Below, piece after piece: positions 13,428 to 24,088 of a stretch of 64,000 bases of DNA. The stretch comes from the human T2T-CHM13v2.0 reference genome, Homo sapiens. A model generated the notes under the pieces. The model had not been told where the DNA came from. It saw only the letters and a list, made by a program, of their open reading frames with translations, and did no database searches. The DNA lies in NCBI RefSeq assembly GCF_009914755.1, contig NC_060932.1; one strand, 5' to 3'. The translations under genes and the position numbers were made by a program. Each line of letters begins with the position of its first letter. Positions within the stretch are counted from its first letter, which is position 1.

Positions 13428-15601
13428 TATACCCAACTGCCCTCCCAATCAACTCGGCTACTTGGGAGACTGCGCCCCTATTCTTCATGGTGCGCTCCGC
13501 CTGTCCTGAGGTCACAGGAGGTTCTGTCTCGGGCACAGTGCTGACTGGTAACACCTGGGTTTGAAAGGCCTCTTCCCTGCCCTGCCTGCAGGAGGTTCCC
13601 CTGTGCCTCCTCCAAGCGAGCAGCTCCAGATGGAGTCCAGCCCATGCCTGGGCCGGAGGCAGAGTAGCCTCCAGCCTCCTCCGGAATGTAATACATCAGC
13701 TTCTGACCTGGGACAGGAGCATGTGGCCATATGAGGCATCCAAGGCAGGTCAATTTCTCCTTCATCAGCAAGTCACTCGTTCAGTCCTGCAAGTCTTTGT
13801 TCCACACTGGGCATGGGAACAAAGGTGAGTTGGACCTTGTCCTTAGGGGATGCACAGTCTAGGAGGGAGAGGGCAACCTTCAGGAACAACGGGTGGAAAG
13901 ACAGGGCTGCAGGGGGTCCTGGAGCACATGTGAACACTGAAGAGATGCACACACTGTGGAGTGCGTTGAGTGGGAGCATGCAGAGGGGCCAGGCCAGGCG
14001 GATGTGAGCAGTAAACAGCTGCAGAGACAAGTCTGGCCTGGAGATGGGCTGTATTTCATCAAATCCAAGATGCCACCATTTTCGAAAGCACTGCTCTCTC
14101 AAACATACTGAATGTGACAGACCCTGGAGTTGTCCAGTGTGACACCGACGGGGCTCAGGACGGGACACACACAGGACAAGAGTGAGGGAGGGCAGAGCCG
14201 GAAACCAGGCCCACTCAGCCCTGTGCGATGGGAGACAGGGCCAGCACCAGGGCCCAGAAAACCTCTGAGTTTGGAAATGAGGACATCCCTGCGCATTCAG
14301 CAAGAAGACGTGGGCGGGGGGGCGGTGTGGAGGTGGAGGCTGGGCTAGAGTGGGGTGCAATGAATGAGGTGCAAACTGCCCCACTGAGTGACTTTTCCAC
14401 AGTAAGTGTGAGGCAGGCCCTCGACAAGTTACCACCAAGGCTGCTGACTACGAACCCAAGTGGAGAAAAAGATAATGACAGTAATAACAGCTAACAATTA
14501 CAGGCTCTGTTCTAAGCACATCATATGTGTCAACTCTGCACACGTTTCCAGAAGAAAGGAGATGCTGGTATCTGCTGAGATAAGTAAGGCTACACACTTG
14601 GAACATGGTCGATTTTTGGATTCTCCAAGAGGAGCCAACATTGGGTTGCTGGCTGCTGCTACCTCCACCACCACCGTTTCGAGGAGGGACAGGAAATCTC
14701 TGTCACTTGAGCAAATAATGGAAATGAAAGAGAAACCAGAAACAGGACTTGAATCATCATCATAAAGGAAAGTGTTAATTCATCACTCAACGAACAATGG
14801 GCCTTCCGCTCCATCACGTCTTCTGTCCAGGGTTCCCAGAGCCCCCTTTACTGCTTGCCTCCCCCAGGGCTGACCCGGGGGGCAGCCAGCAGAATCCCAG
14901 AGCATCAGGGACTCCCAGGAGACCCCAAAATCTGGTCTCAGCATCATAAGCACACCAAAGTCACCTGATGGCAGACAACTCCCAACCTGCCGCTCAGAGG
15001 AGGCTGGACTCTTAGAGCTAGATGGGACTCACAGACCCTCAGCGTGTCCCAACCCCAGACCAGCCTTAGGCACAGGAGTCAAGGGCAGGGGGAAGGGAGG
15101 GGCCTCCCAGGGGCAGCAGCACTGTCTGCCAGCAGCATCGCAGGCAGTGTCACCACTAACTTCTGAAGAAGATAGCACACTGCCTGGGCTAAGGATGGTG
15201 CAGGCTGAATTGCTTTAGGAAACTGCCATCAAGGGCCACCTCACACACACGGGCATTAGCTGGCTGCTCCTAGATTCCAAACAACTCCTCTACTGATGCT
15301 GATGATGGCAGAGACTGAGCTAATTTGCTTCTCACAGCTTCCAGTTTGCTGATTTTCAAAGGGAAAGTTTTCTTTGGGGAAGAGAGAAAGGGCAGACTTG
15401 CTATTGCTTGATATTTCAAAACGAGTTACAATCTAAGGTTTCTGCTGCGATATTTATCAATACAAACATGCTGCTTCTGTAGTACCTTCGTACCCCTTCT
15501 ACCAAGATGAGGATTGAGACAACGGGAAAAATTCCAATGTACCCAAAGTTATACAGGGGGAAGCAGTGCAAAGAGTCTGACAAACAGAATATTCTGAGCA
15601 C

Positions 15602-16200
15602 GTGTACTGGTTTCCTGCTGCTGCGTAACAAACTGCACACCACCCAGCGGCACCGAGCAACAGTGACGGCCACATACCTCCTGCGGCCGGGAATTCAGGC
15701 ACAGCTCTGCGGGGTGGCTCTGGTTTGGGGCCTCTCACAGGCTCCTGGACTGAGAGCCTCGGCCCTGGGGGTGTTGGCTGAGGCCTCCTGCTCAGTTATT
15801 TGCCATATGGGTCTTTCCAAGAAGGCAGCTTGATTCATCAAGATGTGCAGGCCAAGGCAGCAACAGAGAGGGTCTCCCAGCAAGGTGGAGTCACACGTTT
15901 GCGTCAGGCGACATCCCCTCGATGCTGCCATATTCTATTGGTTAACAGGAATTACTCAAGATGTGCAGGCCAAGGCAGCAACAGAGAGGGTCTCCCAGCA
16001 AGGTGGAGTCACACGTTTGCGTCAGGCGACATCCCCTCGATGCTGCCATATTCTATTGGTTAACAGGAATTACTCAAGGGGAGGGCACTGCACAAGGCCG
16101 TGAAAGCCAAGGGGTGAAGGTCACGGGGTCACACAGAGGGTATCTCAGGGGTCTCTTAGAGTCTCTTTATACTCCTCCCTGACCCCTCTGTGTAACAGCA
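15602..16200. mobile_element. MaLR (MLT1-like) solo LTR remnant
   Basis: Starts TGTACTGGTTTCCTGCTGCTGCGTAACAAACTGCAC; contains GCCATATTCTATTGGTTA, typical of MLT1. Confidence 0.6.
15838..16078. repeat. Perfect 118-bp tandem duplication
   Basis: Copies start at 15838 and 15956 and are identical by eye; TCAAG occurs at both ends and the junction. Confidence 0.95.
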
Positions 16201-16303
16201 AATTTATTAGAAATGAAACCATTTCTAATAAATGATTTTATTAGGAAAGAAAAATATAAAAAAACCAATGCTATAAGCTTCACCTTAAGAAACTAGAAGA
16301 AGT

Positions 16304-16440
16304 AGCCAGTTGTGGTGGTGCACACCTGCAATCCCAGCTACTCAGGAGGCTGAGGCAGGAGGATTGCTTGAGCCCAGGAGTTTCAGTCCAGCCAGCCTGG
16401 GCAACACAGTGAGACACCATCTAATAATAGAAAAATAATA
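16304..16440 (+). mobile_element. Alu monomer (FLAM-like)
   Basis: Single arm; AAACTAGAA on both flanks. Confidence 0.85.
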
Positions 16441-16731
16441 AACTAGAAAAAGAGCAAATTAAAACCAAGTAAGCAGAAGAAAACAAAATGAATATAAGAG
16501 CATAAATTAACAAAATAGAAAATAAACAACAGAGGAAAAAACCGAATGAAGCTGAAAGCATAGTCTTTGAAAAGACCAACAAAATTGATAAACCTTTAAC
16601 CAGGCTGATCAAATTACCAATATCAGGAAAGAAGGAACATCAATACAGGTCTTACAATTAAAAGTTACTGGAACTACTAAGTGAGTTTGGCAAAATTGCA
16701 AGGTATAAGGTCAATATATAAAAATCACTTA

Positions 16732-16801
16732 TACTACTCTATAGAACGATGAACAACCAGAAATGGTACTACTCTATAGAACGATGAACAACCAGAAATG
16801 G
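16732..16801. repeat. Perfect 35-bp tandem duplication
   Basis: TACTACTCTATAGAACGATGAACAACCAGAAATGG x2. Confidence 0.95.
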
Positions 16802-17088
16802 AAATTAAAGCAGTGCTATTTACAATAACATGATAACAATGAAATACTTTAAGTATGTGACGGACCTACATACTAAAAATTATGAAACATTCCTAGGAGA
16901 AATTAAAGACTTCAGTGTGTTGAGAAGATATATTATGTTCATGGATCGAAGGACTCGAAATTAAGATGTCAATTCTCTATAGATTCAATGCAATTCCAGT
17001 AAAAATCCAGCAGGCTTTTTGTAGAAATTGATAACTCTAAAATTTATATGGAGATGTGAAAGAACTGCAACAGCCAAAACAAGTTTTC

Positions 17089-17217
17089 TTTTTCTTTTTT
17101 AGAAACAAGGTCTTGCTGTGTTGCCTAGGATGGTCTCGAACGCCTGAGTTCAAGCAATCTTCCCGCCTTGGCTTCCCAAAGTGCTGGGATTACAGGTGTG
17201 AGTCACTACGCCTGGCC
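17089..17217 (-). mobile_element. Alu monomer (FLAM/left arm)
   Basis: CCCAAAGTGCTGGGATTACAGGTGTGAG...CCTGGCC preceded by a T-tract. Confidence 0.9.
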
Positions 17218-17793
17218 CAAAACAAGTTCCAAAAGGTAGGCATATTTCCTAATTTCGAGATGCCCCATAAAACTACAGAAATCAATCAATCGTTGTATCA
17301 GGAACAGACATATAGATCAATGGAACAGAATAGTGCCTAGAAACAGATTCACAATATAGGTAGCCAGTAAATGCCAACAGAGGTGCCATGGATTTCAATG
17401 GGAAAGGACAGGCTTTTTACAAGTGATGCTGGAACAACTCAATTTCCACGTGCCAGATGGAGGGGGAATCCCTCAACTCTTACGGTATACAAAAATTCAC
17501 TCAAAATGGATCACAGACCTAGGTGAGAGAACTACTGAGGCATCTAGAAGGAAACATAAGGGAAAATCATTAAGACTTCAGGCCCAGGAGTTGAAGCTGC
17601 AGTGAGCCACGATCACAGTACTACACTCCAGCCCAGGCAATGCAGTGAGACCTCCAGCTCTTAAAAAAGACTTCAGGTCAGGCAAAGAGTTCTTAATTGA
17701 AAAAGAACAAAAAAGAACATATTTGATACACCAAATTTCATCAAAATTTAAAACTTTTGCTTTCTGAAAGATACCATTAGGAAAATGGAAAGG

Positions 17794-18543
17794 AACCTGG
17801 CACAGTGGCTCACGCCTATAGCCCCAGCACTCTGGGACTCAGGCAGGAGGATCACTTGAGCCCTGGAGTTCTAGACCAGCCAGGGCAACATAGTGAGACT
17901 CCATCTCCCTAAAAAATTTAAAACATTAGCTAGGTGTGGTGGTGCGTACCTACAGTCCAAGCTACTCAGGAGGCTGAGGCGGGAGGATCACTTGAGCCCA
18001 GGAAGGTTGAGGCTGCAGAGAGCTGTGATCACACCACTGCATTTCAGCCTGGGAAACAGAGTCCCTGTTTAAAAAAAATAATAATAATAAATAAATAAAA
18101 GTGGCTCATGCCTGTAATCCTAGCACTTTGGGAGACCAAGGTAAGAGGATCACTTAAGCCCAAGAGTTCAAGACTGGCCTGGGTGACATAGCAAAACCTC
18201 GTCTCAATAAAGTGTAAGAATATATAAAAAAACAAAACAGGCTAGGCCTGTAGCTCACATCTGTAATTACAGCACTTGGCGAGGCTGAGGTGGGCGGATG
18301 GCTTGAGCCCAGAAGTTCGAAACCAGCCTGGGCAACATACGGTGAAACCCCATCTCTACAAAAAATACAAAAATTAGATGGGCGTGGTGGTGCACACCTG
18401 TAGTCCCAGCTACCTGGGAGGCTGAGGTGGGAGAATCAGCTGAGCCCAGGGAGGTCATGGCTGCAGTAAGTTGTGATAGTGCTGTGGCACTCCAGCCTGG
18501 GTGACAGAGTGAGACCCCATCTTAAAAAAAAAAAAAAAAAAAA
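17794..18543 (+). mobile_element. Head-to-tail cluster of AluJ-type elements (17794-18100, 18101-18237, 18240-18543)
   Basis: Consecutive Alu consensus matches, each with an A-rich tail. Confidence 0.92.
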
Positions 18544-19683
18544 GACATGCAAATTAAAGCTGCAATGAGATATGGTTCACACCCACTTCGATGAATGAAG
18601 TTGAAAAGGACTGACAACACTAAACATTGACGAGGATGTGGAGAAATGGGAACTGTCCTACGCTGCAGTGGGAATGCAAGATGGTACCGTCACCCTGGAA
18701 AGCACTGGACCCAGCAAGCCACTCCCAGTGAACCACTCATGAGAAATGAAACACATCCACACAGAGCCTTGCAGGTGAATGTTCACAGCAGCTTTATTAT
18801 CACAGCCTCCAAAATGGAAACCACCCAAATCTCTACCACCTGATGAATGAAAACAAATGATGGCAGGTCCATTCAGTGGAGTACTAGTCAGCACAGAAAA
18901 GGAGCAAAGAAAGTACTGATTCATGCAGTAACGGGGATGAATCAGAAAAGCATTATGCTAAGTGACAAGAGCCAGACCATACGCTGTGTGATTCCAGTTA
19001 CATCAATTCCCGAACAGGCAGCACCATGACAACAGAGGCAGGCTGGTGGTGGCTGGGGGCAGCGGGGGCTGATGTGGGGGGCATTTGGGAGCACTGGGGT
19101 GATGAAAATATTCTAGGTCCTAATGGTGGCAGCCACACCACTGTGGACATCTCATGCCAACTGTCAAACTGCCCGGAGTGAAGGTAACAGTATTTCCAAA
19201 TCCAATCATAAGCACTGTGGCTCTGGGTATGGACAGCAGACAACTTTTGAAAGAAACTCCAACTCCGATCAGGGAAAACTTTGGTCACTACGTTGCCCTT
19301 GTAAGTGTCATTTCAGTCAAACTCTGAGAAATAAATTGGGCCTTTTGTTGTCTGGACTCAATCTAAGCACGTCTAAGAACAAACTCATTAAAGCCCTGTT
19401 CCTATAACCTGTAAAAATACCTTCTATTCATGATTCCTGCTCTCCTGCTGAACACAGACCAGGGCTTACAGTTTTACGTGAACTCTGTAATGCTCAGGGT
19501 CAATAAAGGTTACTTTCATCTGGTGAGGGTCAGTTTGCCACAGCCTAACCACTTACTACAACTCTCCCTATTTCAGTCAGCATTTCTGGAGGTTTATATG
19601 GAATCTATGGAACAGACACCCCTACAACTTTGGAAAGCTACCTTCAATATGCACTACATATATTGTGTAGTAAAGTACATACG

Positions 19684-20335
19684 CAGACAGGTCCTGGGCT
19701 TATGATGGTGGGACCTATGATTGTTCAACTTCACACTAACGTGAAAGCCATACACATTCACTTGAAACCATATCTTGAGTCCTCATACACACTGGTTTTC
19801 ACTTTGAGTACAGTATTCAATAAATTACACAAGATCTTCAACACTTTATTATATAAAATAGGCTCTGTGTTACATGATTTTGCCCAACTATAGGCTGGTG
19901 TGAGTGGTTTTTTTTTTTTTTTGAGACAGTGTCTTACTCTGTATTCAGGCTGGATGATCATGGCTCACTGCAGCCTCCATCTCCCAGGCGCAAGCAATCC
20001 TCCCACCTCAGCCTCCCAAATAGCTGTGATTACAGGTGTGCACCACCACATCCAGCTAATTTTTTATTTTTTGTAGACACGGAGTTTCACTATGTTGCCC
20101 TAGCTGGAACTCCTGGGCTCAAGTGATCCTCCCACCTGGGCCTCCCAAAGTGTTGGGATTATAGGCATGAGCCAGAGTGCCCAGCCTGATGTGAGTGTTC
20201 TGGGCATGGTTAAGGAAGGTGAGGCTGGACTATGACGTGCGGTGCGGTAGGTGTGTTAAATCCATTTTCGACTCAAGGTATTTTCAATGATGGGTTTACT
20301 GGGACATACCCCCGTTGCAAGTTGAGGAGCATCTG
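19684..20335 (-). mobile_element. MER47A/Tigger5-family DNA transposon split by an Alu
   Basis: Right end reverse-complements to CAGATGCTCCTCAACTTGC; internal AATAAATTACACAAGATCTTCAACACTTTATTAT matches my recollection of MER47. Confidence 0.75.
19908..20186 (-). mobile_element. AluJ inserted in MER47
   Basis: Poly-T then antisense Alu; TG(G/A)TGTGAGTG on both flanks. Confidence 0.93.
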
Positions 20336-21850
20336 TATTTGTCCTCCTAAATTATCTAAAATCTATACAAGTCTTATGTAATAAATAATCAAAACAAAAC
20401 AATGAAACGTGCATAGAAATTGAGACTCACCATCTATAAAGTATGAAAATTCCAAGGTGTTGTGGAAGTATTAGGGTTTTCAAAGCCACAATACACATCA
20501 TCTGCCATAGAGAAAATTAGGGAAAAGCAGTTCCTAATGACTCTTTATCACATCAACTTATTCTCAGGAACCGGAGGTTCTAAATTTTGTATTTGTCACC
20601 AAGACCACAACTCGTTGTCCAGAAACTGAAGGATGGTGCCCAATTGGTAATTCCAAGCGCCTCAGCTTTGTTATGACAGTGCTTTCATGATTAGCTCGGT
20701 GCCAAGTCCTCACATACTGAAGGGACGAAATAAATGTTTAGTAAAATTAACTGCTACCCAACTTCCCCCTGGCTAAGGTCTAGTCGCGAAAGTGGTCCTT
20801 CAGTTCCACGAACACAGCCAGGTCTCCCCTCCCTCAGCCTCTGGATGTGATGCCCAAGAGCCCTTGCCCTGCTCTCCATGAAGGCCTTCCCACACTGGTC
20901 CAGCCCATTTCTTTCCCTCGCTGGTCGGGTCACTTTCTTTCTCGAAGCGCCCCCCCTGCCACAGAGCTAAGCCCCCTGGCCCACAGATGTGGGTTCTGTC
21001 CACCCTCCGTGCCCTAGGATATGATGGGCACCCAAGGAGCACAAGCAGAATAAATGCAGAATCACACACAGAGGAGAGAACAAGAGTGCGAGCTGCGCCC
21101 GGTCTCCTACGTCCGAGCCCCCGACCCTCCAGAAGAGTCCTCTAACCTTGTCTGAGCCCCAGGTCCTCTGGCCTTCTCATGAAGCCTTCTCAAAACAAGG
21201 TTTTTAAAGATGAAAAAAGACACAGGATTGCAGACGGAAAAGCACGCTGAAATACAATCATGGAAGCACTGGAAAAGTAAGATGAGTGCTTTTTCATTAA
21301 TGTATTAAGTGACAAGATCGAGGGATGGACACAGTATCTCCTGTGATTTTGGTAATAATCAGCATCAGCTCCCACGGCAGGGTGACAGGAAATCAGTGCT
21401 GATGCCAGCGGGGCTGCCCCACACACAATCAAAGAAAATGCTACGATTTCACACTGGAGTCAGATCCGTGCACATAACCGAGGGATCCACACTGCAGCGA
21501 GGCTGAGTGAGCGCTCACGGAACAAGAAACACTTTATTATGTTTGTATCAACAAACATCCCTAAAACAACCAAAATAAGTAGGCTTGAAAATACTTTACC
21601 ATGCAATATGTTGAATTCTAGAATAAAACGGATGCTTCTAAACTGTCTGCCTCTTACCAGATACCTTATATTGCTAAGGGTTTGGAAAATGACAGATTTT
21701 TTTAAAACTTCCTTAGGTCATAAAGAAAATAAACATTCTGACAAAATTTTTAGGGCCCAAGACACTCCCAGTGGGGACTCCCTACAGGGTCCCCGCTCTG
21801 CTGCCCGGTAATCTGGAAGAAACACCACATCTTGCCCATGCGAGCCTGGT

Positions 21851-22865
21851 CATGCCAACCTGTGCGTCTCTGTTAATTTCCGTGTTTTCACGCCCACCTG
21901 CGCGTCTGTGAATTTCCGTGTTTTCACGCCCACCTGCGTGTCTGTGAATTTCCATGTTTTCACGCCCACCTGTGCGTCTGTGAATTTCCGTGTTTTCACG
22001 CCCACCTGTGCGTCTGTGAATTTCCGTGTTTTCACGCCCACCTGTGCGTTTGTGAATTTCCGTGTTTTCACGCCCACCTGTGCGTCTGTGAATTTCCGTG
22101 TTTTCACGCCCACCTGCGAGTGTCTGTGAATTTCCGTGTTTTCATGCCCACCTGTGCATCTGTGAATTTCCGTGTTTTCATGCCCACCTGCGTCTGTGAA
22201 TTTCCGTTTTCACGCCCACCTGTGCGTCTGTGAATTTCCGTGTTTTCACGCCCACCTGCGTGTCTGTGAATTTCCGTGTTTTCATGCCCACCTGCCCGTG
22301 TCTGTGAATTTCTGTTTTCATATCCACCTGTGTGTCTGTGAATTTTCGTGTTTTCATGCCCACCTGCGTGTCTGTGAATTTCCGTGTTTTCACGCCCACC
22401 TGCGTGTCTGTGAATTTCCGTGTTTTCACGCCCACCTGTGCGTGTCCGCGAATTTCCGTGTTTTCACACCCACCTGTGCGTCTGTGAATTTCCGTGTTTT
22501 CACACCCACCTGTGTCTGTGAATTTCCGTGTTTTCACGCCCACCTGCGAGTGTCTGTGAATTTCCGTGTTTTCACGCCCACCTGCGAGTGTCTGTGAATT
22601 TCCGTGTTTTCACGCCCACCTGCAAGTCTATGAATTTCCGTGTTTTCATGCCCACCTGCGGGTCTGTGAATTTCCGTGTTTTCATGCCCACCTGCGTGTC
22701 TGTGAATTTCCGTGTTTTCATGCCCACCTGTGTGTCTGTGAATTTCCGTGTTTTCATGCCCACCTGCGCGTGTCTGTGAATTTCTGTGTTTTCATGCCCA
22801 CCTGTGCGTCTGTGATTTTCCGTGTTTTCATGCCCACCTGTGCGTGCCTGTGAATTTCCATGCTT
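21851..22865. repeat. VNTR, ~36-bp unit (34-38), ~28 copies
   Basis: TGTGAATTTCCGTGTTTTCA(C/T)GCCCACCTG(T/C)G(C/T)GTC repeated over ~1 kb. Confidence 0.98.
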
Positions 22866-22924
22866 TTGGAAATGCCTGTCTCTGAGCCATCTACTGTCCA
22901 CAATAACCTTGGATTCAAGTCAAC

Positions 22925-23110
22925 AGCAACAATGATAAGATGACAGCATCTTCCAGTATCTCCCACAGCCAGGCACTGTTCTAAGCACACCTGGGACCCT
23001 CTTAGGGTTGGTTTGCGAATGCAATCACTTTACACACAAAGAATCAGAGTGTGGCACAGAAGGGCTCCCGAATTCGCCTGCATGACACAGCCAGTGACTG
23101 TCAGTGCTGG
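22925..23110. mobile_element. MIR SINE remnant
   Basis: GCCAGGCACTGTTCTAAGCAC ... GACACAGCCAGTGA MIR-like motifs. Confidence 0.55.
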
Positions 23111-23463
23111 CGACCCTGCCCTTTGCCTCGTTGTTCACTGTGGCCTGGCAGGGACAGCGGGAGAGGTGAGCCCCGGCCGAGAGCCAGTACTTATCAGTGC
23201 CAATTCTGCCCCAGATGCTGAGCTACCACTTTGCCAAAACTGTAATTCAACGTCAACATCCGAAGACCACTCCTCCCCAAACCTGGCTGAAAACAGGAGA
23301 CGAAAACCACCATCAGGGCAGGCTGAAGGGAGAGGAGACAAAGACTCCAGTGCCCGGGGCTCTCCAGGACGCACCATCCTCTGCCTCCAGAGGATCAGAG
23401 CCACGCCCAGTCCGCTAGCACTCCGCTCAGCGTTCACTGCGCACAGACGGGGAGGAGACTTAC

Positions 23464-23704
23464 CAATCTGCAACAGTATTGGTGTGACCAGAGCGGTTTC
23501 CATGGCGTAACAGAACTCCCTGCCAAACATCACCGCCCCGTGCATCACCCACAGGCGCATGGGGATTCGGTCTATGGACCCCTCGCTGATGGTCTCGCAG
23601 TTCTCGGCCTCTGCGCCTCCGGCTTTCTGCGGGTCCGGCAGGGGCACGGATAACTCTTGAACTTGCATAGATTCCGGGTCGGCATTCTGCGGAGCCATTT
23701 TCAT
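23464..23704 (-). CDS. SLC45A4: First coding exon portion of solute carrier family 45 member 4 (MFS-type transporter), codons 1-80 plus 1 nt
   Basis: Translation MKMAPQNADPESMQVQELSVPLPDPQKAGGAEAENCETISEGSIDRIPMRLWVMHGAVMFGREFCYAMETALVTPILLQI(G) is the recognisable SLC45A4 N-terminus, with the SLC45 TM1 motif GREFCYAME. ATG at 23704; second in-frame ATG at 23698 in strong context (AAAATGG). In-frame TAA lies 8 codons upstream. Ends at phase-1 donor ATTG|GTAAGT; the ORF-track extension (KSPPRL...) is intron read-through. Confidence 0.97.
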
Positions 23705-23742
23705 TACCACCAAAAATATATGTATTTATCTATATATTCTAT

Positions 23743-23928
23743 CTATATAAATAATGCTTTCATATATCTGTAATGATAAATTAAGACGTCTTCTCTTTCT
23801 GCTTCTGCTGTGTTCCTCGGGCAGGTAACACTTACATTCCTCTTTGCACAAGTGGCTATCTCACAACTTCTCACAACGGTATGAGACATGCAGCAACACA
23901 GAACGATTTTTGGTTGGATTTTAAACAT
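23743..23928 (-). promoter_or_regulatory. uORF-C, 61 aa, Cys-rich, ending 38 nt before the main ATG
   Basis: ORF track 23743..23928 starts at a true ATG and lies wholly within the exonic 5' UTR, out of frame with the CDS. Confidence 0.55.
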
Positions 23929-23941
23929 ATGGCTTGCTGGT

Positions 23942-24088
23942 TTACTGTGAATTAGAGTTAAAAATCCATAATTGCCATTCAGTTAATACCAGTTTCATCA
24001 TTATTACTGAAGAGGTGCTGAAGTGATTTTTCTTGCTACAGAGAGGTGGGAAGGTGATACAAACAGGTGGTCCGCTGGTAATCCCCAT
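23942..24088 (-). promoter_or_regulatory. uORF-A, 48 aa (MGITSGPPVCITFPPLCSKKNHFSTSSVIMMKLVLTEWQLWIFNSNSQ*)
   Basis: Hand translation of the exon 5' UTR. ATG 24088, internal ATG ATG at 24001/23998, TAA 23944-23942. Translation unproven. Confidence 0.55.
23958..23978 (-). promoter_or_regulatory. uORF-B, hexapeptide MAIMDF*
   Basis: ATG GCA ATT ATG GAT TTT TAA; the inner ATG has A at -3 and G at +4. Confidence 0.5.

Larger units (their letters stand above)
16230..19230 (+). mobile_element. Fragmented old L1M (ORF2 3' half to 3' UTR) interrupted by several Alus
   Basis: A-rich degenerate L1 ORF2 motifs (TAGATTCAATGCAATTCC, GATCAATGGAACAGAATAG, CAAAAATTCACTCAAAATGGATCACAGACCT). Confidence 0.8.

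Noticed and set aside
21850-22990. Repetitive ORFs (GVKTRKFTDAQV, CEFPCFHAHL) and CRISPR-like periodicity
   Set aside because: Translations of a 36-bp VNTR. Units abut with no unique spacers, there are no cas genes, and the context is eukaryotic.
23135-23463. C-terminal part of the 192-aa ORF
   Set aside because: Lies beyond the GTAAGT donor; intron read-through with no SLC45 similarity.
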